This document shows, one piece after another, positions 1 through 7,711 of a stretch of 64,000 nt of DNA. The stretch is from Acidimicrobiales bacterium (lineage in GTDB: Bacteria; Actinomycetota; Acidimicrobiia; Acidimicrobiales; CAIXPF01), in the NCBI GenBank assembly GCA_020846295.1, contig JADLEF010000088.1, positions 6,525-70,524 on the forward strand. The letters run 5' to 3'. Within the stretch, counting starts at the first letter, position 1, and every line of letters starts with the position of its first letter. The translations under genes and the position numbers were made by a program. The notes beneath the pieces were generated by a model, which made no database searches, was not told the origin of the DNA, and saw only the letters and a list, made by a program, of their open reading frames with translations.

Positions 1-739
1 TTCCACATCACCGGCTGGCCCGACCGCCTGCCCTGCGGCCCGTTTCAGCGCCTACACCGACTACGTGTCGCCCCGGTTGCTGTTGCCCGCCGTGTTCGCC
101 GCCCTCGAGCACCGCCGACACACCGGCGAGGGCCAGTACATCGACCTGGCCCAGGCCGAGGCCTCGCTGCAGCTGATGGGCCAGGCGGTGCTCGACTTCA
201 CGGTGAACGGCCGGATCGCCGAGCGCCAGGGCAACGACGACGCCGTGTTCGCTCCCCACGGCACCTACCCGGCGGCCGGCCAGGACCGTTGGGTGAGCAT
301 CGCGGTGACCGGTGACGAACCGTGGCAGGCGCTGTGCGCGCTCCTCGAGCGCCCCGACCTCTCGTCGCTCGATGCCGCGGCGCGGCGCGCTCGGCGCCGC
401 GAGCTCGAGGGGGTGCTCTCGGCGTGGACGGCGCTCCGGCCGGCGGAGGAGACGGCCGAACGGCTGGTGGCCCGGGGCATCGCCGCTCATCACGTGCAGA
501 ACACCGTGGAGGCGTGGCACGACGCGCAGTTGCGCCACCGCGACCACTTCCGCAAGGTCCCGCACAGCATGATGGGCGAGACCTGGGTCGAGGGCAGCCG
601 CTACCGGCTGTCGCGCACCCCACCGGTGGTGGGATCGCCCCCTGCGCTGGGCGAGCACAACTGGTCGGTGCTGACCGAGATCCTCGGCTATGACGAGGAC
701 CGAGCCGCCGCACTGGCCGCGTCCGGGATCTTCGACTGA
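1..739 (+). CDS. Family III CoA-transferase (CaiB/BaiF-like), C-terminal part; 5' end outside window; apparent frameshift near nt 43-47
   Basis: The frame-2 ORF ending at the stop at 739 (TGEGQYIDLAQAEASL...GEHNWSVLTEILGYDEDR) parallels the C-terminal half of the paralog at 19820-22300. Nt 1-45 match that paralog only in frame 1 (FHITGWPDRLPCGPF). Confidence 0.8.
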   Translation, partial: STSPAGPTACPAARFSAYTDYVSPRLLLPAVFAALEHRRHTGEGQYIDLAQAEASLQLMGQAVLDFTVNGRIAERQGNDDAVFAPHGTYPAAGQDRWVSIAVTGDEPWQALCALLERPDLSSLDAAARRARRRELEGVLSAWTALRPAEETAERLVARGIAAHHVQNTVEAWHDAQLRHRDHFRKVPHSMMGETWVEGSRYRLSRTPPVVGSPPALGEHNWSVLTEILGYDEDRAAALAASGIFD

Positions 740-871
740 TCGGCGCGCGCCGGCCACGGGTCAACTGAGGGGTTGCCCGCCGGCTGCGGGACCTGCGAGC
801 ACCGCTCGGGTCCCGCAGCCGGCCTCGCTCCCGTGCCGGGGTGCCGGCCACCGCGGTCGATGCGCCTGCGC

Positions 872-1690
872 TCAGTGCTCCCAGGTGCGCAGCAGGGCGA
901 GCTGGCGCGTGGTCGCCACCAGGGTGCCGGTGCTGTCCCACAGCTCGCCGTCCTCGTCGAGGAACCCGCCGGCGGACAACCTGGTCCGGAACCTTCCCTG
1001 CACCCAGCCCGGCGCCGGGTGGGCGAACACGTGGGTCGTCAGCTGGACCGTCGGCGTGTGCACACCCTGGCGGCCGACCGCCTCGAACAGCGACGGCGGC
1101 ATCCCGTCGGAGAACATCAGCACCGAGTAGGCGTCCGGCTCTCGCCCCGGATGGCGCAGCCAGCCCGCCAGCTCGGCCCGACCGCCCGGCCGGCCGAACA
1201 CCCAGCCGGTGTCGGGATGCAGGCGCAGCGCCAGCCGCTCGTGCAGCGCGATCGGCTCGCCCTCCGCCGTCGAGATCAGCTCCCGGGCCAGACACGCCTC
1301 CGGCGGCGGGATCGAGGGAACCGCCACGTCGTCGGCGTAGAGGTGCGGGGGCTCGTCGCGCAGGGTGCCGAAGGTGGCCACCGCGTTCACCCGCTCGATG
1401 CCATCCTGGACCAGCCGCGCCGAGACGGTGCTCTGGCGCCGGCCGGCCCGGATCACCTCGACCAGCACCTGGGCGTCACCGAAGCGGGGCGGGGCCAGGT
1501 AGGTGGCGGACACGCTCAGCGGGTCGGGCTGGGGCACCGTGTGGCGCATGGCCCGGGTGACCAGCGCGAGCAGGTAGCCGCCGTGCGGGTTGCCCCGGAC
1601 GTCCCAGCCCTCGACGATGGTGGCGTCGAAGCGTCCCTCACCCGCGGTGCGCACCGCGATCGCGTCATCGAAGCTGGCTGCGCCGTTCAC
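872..1690 (-). CDS. Acyl-CoA thioesterase II-like (double hot-dog) protein
   Basis: 272-aa ORF with GTG start. Thioesterase-superfamily-like sequence (GNPHGGYLLALVTRA, TVQLTTHVF, FLDEDGELWDSTG). Same architecture as the paralog at 45803-46630, and it sits among CoA-thioester enzymes. Confidence 0.7.
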   Translation of the reverse strand: MNGAASFDDAIAVRTAGEGRFDATIVEGWDVRGNPHGGYLLALVTRAMRHTVPQPDPLSVSATYLAPPRFGDAQVLVEVIRAGRRQSTVSARLVQDGIERVNAVATFGTLRDEPPHLYADDVAVPSIPPPEACLARELISTAEGEPIALHERLALRLHPDTGWVFGRPGGRAELAGWLRHPGREPDAYSVLMFSDGMPPSLFEAVGRQGVHTPTVQLTTHVFAHPAPGWVQGRFRTRLSAGGFLDEDGELWDSTGTLVATTRQLALLRTWEH

Positions 1691-1729
1691 GGCGGGCGAC
1701 CGTAGCGCGCCGCGTGACGTCGAGCTCGA

Positions 1730-2788
1730 TCAGTCGGCCCACCACGCCAGCCGGGCACCGGGGAGCAGTTCGGTGCCGTACGGCGCCTCTGCGGACTGCA
1801 CCACCGCCACGGTGGACCCGTCGGCGTCGATGCCGGGGGCGACCAGCTCCGTGCTGTCGGCCGACCACACGGCATGGCTGTGGGCGTACTGCTCGAAGAA
1901 CGGCAGCACCTCGCGCAGCCAGGCCGGTGCCGGCCGGAACGGCGCCAGGCGCAGCAGCTCGTCCCCGTCGAAGACCACCCACTGCAGCTCGCCCGGTCCC
2001 GCCACCACCAGGGCGGCCAGCCGTCGGCCGTCGGGGGACCAGAAGAAGGCGGCGGTGCGCTCGGCGGTCACCGGGACCCGCTGCCCGGTGAGCAGGTCGA
2101 GCACCGTCAGGGCGGGCCCGTCCTCGCCCACGTCGATCAGCGCCACCCGTCGACCGTCGGGATCGAGCGCGAACCGACCGGATCCCGCGCCGATGCCCAG
2201 CGGGTGGGTCGTGCCGTCGGAGGAGCGGATGACCAGGTCCTGCTCGACGTAGAGCAGCGAGCCGTCCGCCGTCCACCACGGAGCGAGGAACGAGCCGGCC
2301 CGTCCGGTGATCACCTGCGGGTTCGAGCCGTCCGCGGCGACCACCAGCACGCGGTCCTCGACGTGCACCGCCAGCTGGGTGGAATCCGGCGACCACGCCC
2401 AGAACAGCGGCTGGCCGCGCTCGATGACGGCCAGCGCGCCGTCCTCGACGGTCGACACGCCCAGTTCCAGACCGAGCGGCCCGGGCGACAGGTGGCTGAG
2501 GAAGCGCCCGCACGGGCTGGCGTTGAGGTAGAACGCGGTGACCGCCGGAACCAGTTCGTGCGAGCCCGCCCCGTCGGGAGACTCCACCCGGATCTGGCGG
2601 ACCCAGTCGACATCGCCGGAATCGAAGGCCACCGCCGCCCATTGACCGGCGGTGGACCACACGGCGGTGCGGGCCTGCACCCGCACGGCCGCCATCGTCG
2701 GCTCCCCACCGACGCGGATCCGCCGACCGTCCTCCAGCGGGCACAGCACCGCCCGTCCGGCCGGGTCGAGCAGCAGCAGGCGTCGCAT
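1730..2788 (-). CDS. TolB-like / PD40 beta-propeller repeat protein
   Basis: 352-aa ORF with ATG start. Repeated PD40-type motifs: WSPDSTQLA, LDPDGRRVA, WSPDGRRLA, WSADSTELV. Confidence 0.65.
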   Translation of the reverse strand: MRRLLLLDPAGRAVLCPLEDGRRIRVGGEPTMAAVRVQARTAVWSTAGQWAAVAFDSGDVDWVRQIRVESPDGAGSHELVPAVTAFYLNASPCGRFLSHLSPGPLGLELGVSTVEDGALAVIERGQPLFWAWSPDSTQLAVHVEDRVLVVAADGSNPQVITGRAGSFLAPWWTADGSLLYVEQDLVIRSSDGTTHPLGIGAGSGRFALDPDGRRVALIDVGEDGPALTVLDLLTGQRVPVTAERTAAFFWSPDGRRLAALVVAGPGELQWVVFDGDELLRLAPFRPAPAWLREVLPFFEQYAHSHAVWSADSTELVAPGIDADGSTVAVVQSAEAPYGTELLPGARLAWWAD

Positions 2789-2830
2789 CGGGCAACTCTA
2801 AGCGGTGCCCCTGGGCTACGGTCGACGACC

Positions 2831-3748
2831 GTGCGCATCGGGATCTTCGCTGGAGACGTGACGGGGCCTCGGCCGCTGGCCGAGCTGATCGAGGGCGCGG
2901 TCCGCGCCGAGGCGGACGGCTTCGCCAGCTACTGGCTGCCGTGGATCGCCGGGCACGACCCGATGGCGGTGTTCGCCATGGCCGGTCGCGACACGTCGCG
3001 CATCGAGTTCGGCACTGCGGTGCTGCGGACCTACCCCCGTCACCCCGCCGATCTCGCCTCGGCCGCCATCACCACCGCGGTGGCGACGGGCGGCCGCTTC
3101 ACGCTGGGCATCGGGCCGAGCCACAAGCGGGTCATCGTGGACTCCTTCGGCTACGACTACCGGACGCCGGTCCGCCATACCCGCGAGTATCTCACCGTGC
3201 TGACCGGTCTGCTCCGGCAGGGCAAGAGCGTGTTCGTGGGCGACGAGCTGACGGCGCGGTTCGCGCTCCGCCACCCCGACCGCGGCCAGCACGAGGTGCC
3301 GGTGATCGTCTCCGCCCTCGGTCCCAGGATGCTGGAGGTGGCCGGCACCCTCGCCGACGGGACCTTCACCTGGATGACGGGGCCGGTCACGTTGGCCGGC
3401 CACACCGCCCCGGTCCTGGCCGCAGCGGCCGCTGCCGCCGGCCGCGCCTCGCCCCGCATCATCGCCGGTGCGCCGTGCCTGGTGACCGACGACGCCGATG
3501 CGGGCCGCGCGCTCGCCGCCCGGGTGTTCGAGCTCTACGGCGCCCTGCCGTCGTACCGGGCGATGCTCGACCGGGAGCAGTGGCCGACGCCCGCCCATGC
3601 CGCAGTGGTCGGCGACGAGGCGGCGGTCACCGCCGAACTGGCCCGCTACCGCGACGCCGGCGTCACCGACTTCGCCGCCGTCGAGTTCGACACCGACCCC
3701 ACCGCCAGCCGCCGCACCAGGGCGCTGCTCGCCTCGCTCAGCGCCTGA
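2831..3748 (+). CDS. LLM-class (luciferase-like) F420-dependent oxidoreductase
   Basis: The in-frame GTG at 2831 inside the long 1874-3748 ORF gives VRIGIFAG.... LLM-family pattern present (ADGFASYWLPW, RFTLGIGPSH, VSALGPRML, AGVTDF). The upstream part of that ORF is an antisense shadow of 1730-2788. Confidence 0.8.
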   Translation: MRIGIFAGDVTGPRPLAELIEGAVRAEADGFASYWLPWIAGHDPMAVFAMAGRDTSRIEFGTAVLRTYPRHPADLASAAITTAVATGGRFTLGIGPSHKRVIVDSFGYDYRTPVRHTREYLTVLTGLLRQGKSVFVGDELTARFALRHPDRGQHEVPVIVSALGPRMLEVAGTLADGTFTWMTGPVTLAGHTAPVLAAAAAAAGRASPRIIAGAPCLVTDDADAGRALAARVFELYGALPSYRAMLDREQWPTPAHAAVVGDEAAVTAELARYRDAGVTDFAAVEFDTDPTASRRTRALLASLSA

Positions 3749-3772
3749 GCCCTGATCGATCGAGCGATCGCC

Positions 3773-5011
3773 TTGGACCCCACCACCGGACCCGACGCCA
3801 CCGGACCCACCGCCACCGAACGGCTCGAGGACGAGTTGGCCCGCATCGACCAGCTCGAGGCCCGGGTGCGGGCCTGGGTCGCCCGGGCCGAACCGGCGTC
3901 GCTGCGCGACGCGGTGCACGCCGCTCCGGCTGGTCCGCTGCAGGGCTTCACCCTCGGCGTGAAGGACGTGATCGACACCGCCGAGCTGCCGACCGAGCGG
4001 GGCTCACCCATCTACCGTGGCCGGCGGGCCGGCGTCGACGCCGCCTGCGTGGCCCTTGCCCGCCGGGCCGGCGCGGTGGTGAGCGGGAAGACGGCCACCA
4101 CCGAGTTCGCGGTGCTAACCCCGACCCACACCACCAACCCCCACGACGAGACCCGCACGCCTGGCGGCTCATCCAGCGGCTCGGCCGCCGCGGTGGCGGC
4201 CGGCATGGTGCGCATCGCCTTCGGCACCCAGACCGCCGGTTCGGTGATCCGGCCGGCGGCGTTCTGCGGTGTGGCCGGCTTCAAGCCGACGTACCACGCA
4301 GTACCGGTCACCAACGTCAACCCGGTGGCCGCCTCGCTCGATACCGTCGGGTACTTCGCCACGACGGTGGCGGATCTCGCCGCCGTGCACCAGGCCCTGA
4401 CCGGCGTGGCCGCGCCGGCCGCCGTGGCCGCGGTGGCGCTGCGCATCGGCGTGTACCGCTCCCACGAGTGGGCGGCCGCCGACGAGGACACGGTGGCCGG
4501 CATCGAGCGCGCCGCCGCCGCGCTGCGCCGAGCGGGAGCGACCGTGCTCGACGTGCCGCTCGTCGACGCGCTGGCCGATGCGTCCCGCGACGCGACCGCC
4601 ATCATGTTGAGCGAGGCCGCCCGATCCTTCGCCTGGGAGCGCGCCGCGCACGAGGAGCAGCTGAGCCGTGGGCTGCGGTCGCTCCTGGCGCAGGGTGACC
4701 TGGTCGGCGCCGAGGCGTATGCCGACGCCCAGCGCGGCGCGGTCCTCGCCCGCAACGGGTTCGATGCGGCGATGACCGGGTTCGATGCCTGGCTCACACC
4801 CGCCGTGGTGGGGGAGGCGCCGCCCATCGCCACGACCGGGGATCCGGTGTTCTGCCGGGTGTGGACCATGCTCGGCGGACCGGCCCTCACCGTACCGAGC
4901 GGTCCGGGCCGCGGTGGCCTGCCGGTCGGCGTACAGCTCGTCGGTGCCCGCTGGGCCGACGCTCGGGTGCTGGCGGCCGGCGCTGCGCTCGATGCCGCCC
5001 TGGCCGGCTGA
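3773..5011 (+). CDS. Amidase (amidase-signature family)
   Basis: 412-aa ORF. The listed start is TTG and the true start is uncertain. Contains the amidase-signature motif GGSSSGSAAAVAAGM and KDVIDTA. Confidence 0.85.
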   Translation: MDPTTGPDATGPTATERLEDELARIDQLEARVRAWVARAEPASLRDAVHAAPAGPLQGFTLGVKDVIDTAELPTERGSPIYRGRRAGVDAACVALARRAGAVVSGKTATTEFAVLTPTHTTNPHDETRTPGGSSSGSAAAVAAGMVRIAFGTQTAGSVIRPAAFCGVAGFKPTYHAVPVTNVNPVAASLDTVGYFATTVADLAAVHQALTGVAAPAAVAAVALRIGVYRSHEWAAADEDTVAGIERAAAALRRAGATVLDVPLVDALADASRDATAIMLSEAARSFAWERAAHEEQLSRGLRSLLAQGDLVGAEAYADAQRGAVLARNGFDAAMTGFDAWLTPAVVGEAPPIATTGDPVFCRVWTMLGGPALTVPSGPGRGGLPVGVQLVGARWADARVLAAGAALDAALAG

Positions 5012-5016
5012 GCCCA

Positions 5017-6261
5017 TCAGCCGCCGGTGGCGGGGAACCACAGGGTGAAGGTGCTGCCCCGGCCGGGCCGGCTGCGCACCGACACCGAACCGCCGGCCGC
5101 GCTCATGATCTCAGCCACGACGGCGAGGCCGAGCCCGGCCCCGACCCGGCGGGTGCTGAAGGACCGTTCGAAGATGCGCGGCAGCACCGCGGGGTCGACG
5201 CCGCTGCCTTGATCGGCCACGGCCACTTGGACGACGGGCCCGGTTCGCGGGCCGGGCACGATCCGCTGCTCGCCGGCCGACGCCGCGGTCCCGTCGGGTA
5301 GGGCGCGGGCGGAGATGCGCAGCGCGCCGCCGCCGATCATCGCCTGGCGCGCGTTGCCCACCAGGTTGGCGAGCGCCTGGGTGAACTGCAACGGGTCGAT
5401 GCAAACGGTGGGTAGCTCGTCGGCGAGATCGAGCAGCACCGTGCAGCGGTCCCCGGCGAAGTCCCGCAGCAACGGTTCGAGCCGGCGTACCGTGGCGCCG
5501 ATGTCCAGCGCCTGCGCCTCGGGCGGGCGCGGCATGGCGAGCTCGTCGAGCAGCACCCGGGCGTGCAGGATCGCCCGCTCGATCGCCGCCGCCGCAGCGC
5601 GGCGGCTCCGCTCGTCCCCGCCGGACGCGAGCTGCTCGGCGCGGGCGCCGACGATGGTCAGCGTGTTGGCGATGTCATGGGCCACGGTGGCCGCGTCCAC
5701 GGTGCCGAGGCCGCGGCGGGCGGAGGGCGCCAGCAGCACGGTGGCGCCGCGAAGCTCGGCCGAAGCGCCCTCGCGGGGTGACGGGCCATAGCGGGTGGCC
5801 ACCAGGACGTCGAACCAACGTGGTTCTGCCGGACCATGGCAGGGCAGCTCGATCATTGCCGCACGGGGCAGCTCGTCGCGCAGCGCCGCCCGGATCGCCG
5901 CCGCCACGGCGGAGGCGGCCGGGTCCGCTCCGGCCGCGTCGCACGCTGCCAGGTAGTCGGCGCCGACCCCGCAACGGGTGCGGTCGCCCCCGTTGGCGGC
6001 GCAGAAGCGCTCCCACGCGTCGTTGACCGCGATGATGACCCCGCGCCGATCGAGCAGGGCGAGCTCGACGGCGGTGCCGTCGAAGAGGCCCACCCGATCC
6101 CCGCTCGCGTCCGTGACCGTCGAATCCTGCCGCACTCGTTGCTCCGGGCACGCCGCGGCCGGGCGTCCGCTCCCGGTTCCTGCGCTGTGCTTCTCCAGCA
6201 CGCTACCTGGGCCCCGAACGCAAAGCGGTGCCCGCTCCCCGGGGCGAGAGGTGGTTGCCAT
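5017..6261 (-). CDS. PAS-domain sensor histidine kinase (orphan)
   Basis: PAS-like N-terminal region (LLDRRGVIIAVNDAWERFC), H-box VAHDIANTLTIV and HATPase_c boxes (DQGSGV, GAGLGLAVV). ATG at 6261; the GTG at 6264 or downstream GTGs are also possible starts. No response regulator is adjacent. Confidence 0.8.
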   Translation of the reverse strand: MATTSRPGERAPLCVRGPGSVLEKHSAGTGSGRPAAACPEQRVRQDSTVTDASGDRVGLFDGTAVELALLDRRGVIIAVNDAWERFCAANGGDRTRCGVGADYLAACDAAGADPAASAVAAAIRAALRDELPRAAMIELPCHGPAEPRWFDVLVATRYGPSPREGASAELRGATVLLAPSARRGLGTVDAATVAHDIANTLTIVGARAEQLASGGDERSRRAAAAAIERAILHARVLLDELAMPRPPEAQALDIGATVRRLEPLLRDFAGDRCTVLLDLADELPTVCIDPLQFTQALANLVGNARQAMIGGGALRISARALPDGTAASAGEQRIVPGPRTGPVVQVAVADQGSGVDPAVLPRIFERSFSTRRVGAGLGLAVVAEIMSAAGGSVSVRSRPGRGSTFTLWFPATGG

Positions 6262-6310
6262 CACAACGATGGGATGCGTCGCGCTGCGACCATACCGGTT
6301 GGTCTGGAGC

Positions 6311-7243
6311 TCAGCCCGGACGGGGGCGGCCGGCGACGATGGTGCGCAGGAAGGCGCTCACCTCGGCCACCCAGCCGTGTCGCCCGCCGCGGCTCTCCAC
6401 CAGCTCCGGCGACCAGCCCTGCATCGCATCGAGCAGCCGGGCGGCGAGATCGGGGCGTCCCAGCAGCGCGGTGGCGGGGGCCAGCTGCACCCGGATGGCG
6501 AACAGCACGGCCCCGCTGCGGGGCAGCTTGCGCAACGTCTGACGCTCGCTGCGCAGCCAGACCAGGTCCGAGCGGTACGGCGCCGGATCACCCTCCGCCG
6601 TGTGCACCGCGTCGAGATCGGGAACGAACAGCAGCGGATGAGCGCTGAAGCCCCAGTTGCGCCGGGTCACGATCCGCTCCGGCCCGAGCCGGTCGAAGAA
6701 GCGGTTGACCTTGACCGCCAGGTCCTCGGCGAAGTGCGGGACGGGGCCGTGGACCGCCTCCTGGGCCAGGCCGGCCTTGTCGGCCAGCCGCCAGTACGTG
6801 GGGAAGCACAGCAGCGCAGCGGTCAGCACCCAAGCGCCGTCCTGCGGTTGCATGATGCAGAGGTCGTCCTGCATGGCGAGCCCGGCACGCTGCAGGGGGT
6901 GGGTGACGGCGGGGTCCCAGTCGCCGAGGAGGTCGGGTCGGTACGTGAGCAGCCAACGGTGGACGGTGTCGGCCGCCTCGGCGCAGGCGGCCTCGGAACC
7001 GTCGAGCGCCAGGAACACCTCGTCGGCTGCGTCGTTCAGCAGCCGCCGGCGCAACGCCAGCTCGGCGGTGCGGTGCTCGTCGATGCGGAACCAGTCGGCC
7101 TCGTCGATGGCACGGGTGCCCATGCGCTGGTGCGGGAGGCCGCTGTGCACGGCGAGCTGATCGAGCTCGTCGAGCCACCGCGGATCGGCTGCACGATACC
7201 GCTCGGTATCGATCGGGTAGGCCGAGGGGTCGACCGGTGCCAT
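6311..7243 (-). CDS. DUF3445 / heme-dependent oxidative N-demethylase family protein
   Basis: 310-aa ORF with ATG start. Sequence pattern I recognise as DUF3445 (LLCFPTYWRLADKAG, HGPVPHF, RRNWGF). Confidence 0.65.
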   Translation of the reverse strand: MAPVDPSAYPIDTERYRAADPRWLDELDQLAVHSGLPHQRMGTRAIDEADWFRIDEHRTAELALRRRLLNDAADEVFLALDGSEAACAEAADTVHRWLLTYRPDLLGDWDPAVTHPLQRAGLAMQDDLCIMQPQDGAWVLTAALLCFPTYWRLADKAGLAQEAVHGPVPHFAEDLAVKVNRFFDRLGPERIVTRRNWGFSAHPLLFVPDLDAVHTAEGDPAPYRSDLVWLRSERQTLRKLPRSGAVLFAIRVQLAPATALLGRPDLAARLLDAMQGWSPELVESRGGRHGWVAEVSAFLRTIVAGRPRPG

Positions 7244-7280
7244 GGCGGCACGGTAGCGCAGGCCGTGGCTTGGTCCGCCG

Positions 7281-7661
7281 GTGCGGCGGCGGTACCGTTG
7301 CCGGGTGGGTTCCGGGGCCGAGGGCGACTCGTCGATCAGCGCAAGCGCAGAGGTGGCGGTCGCGGCGTTGTCCGATGCCGCGGTCGTGCGGCGCTACCTG
7401 CTCAGCGTGACCGATCCGGATCTCGTGTTCGACGACCGGCAGCGCCGGCTCGCCTCGGAGGTGGAAGCCGCCACCGACGTGTTGGAGCGCCTTTCGCGCA
7501 CCGGGGCCCTCTTCCGTCACCAGCAGCATTGGCGCGACGCGCTCGAGGCCGCCTTCGTGGCCCGGGGCGGTCGCTGGGCGCGCGATGCCGGGGGGTGTGC
7601 GGACAGCATGGCCCGGCTCGGGGTCCCGGCCGACACCCTCGAAGCGGCCGGCCTGCGCTGA
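7281..7661 (+). CDS. Hypothetical protein
   Basis: 126-aa ORF with strong G/C third-position bias, lying between 6311-7243 (minus strand) and 7712-10237 (plus strand). No recognisable domain. GTG start is uncertain. Confidence 0.35.
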   Translation: MRRRYRCRVGSGAEGDSSISASAEVAVAALSDAAVVRRYLLSVTDPDLVFDDRQRRLASEVEAATDVLERLSRTGALFRHQQHWRDALEAAFVARGGRWARDAGGCADSMARLGVPADTLEAAGLR

Positions 7662-7711
7662 AGTCGCCGTCTCGGCCGTGCCACAGGGCCGCGGCCGGTA
7701 CTGTCGGGTCG

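Noticed and set aside
5978-7711. The N-terminal 1.7 kb of the 1419-aa plus-strand ORF 5978-10237
   Set aside because: It is antisense or out-of-frame to well-supported genes (histidine kinase, DUF3445) and is Arg/Gly/Pro/Ala-rich with no motifs. CoA-transferase homology starts only at the ATG at 7712.
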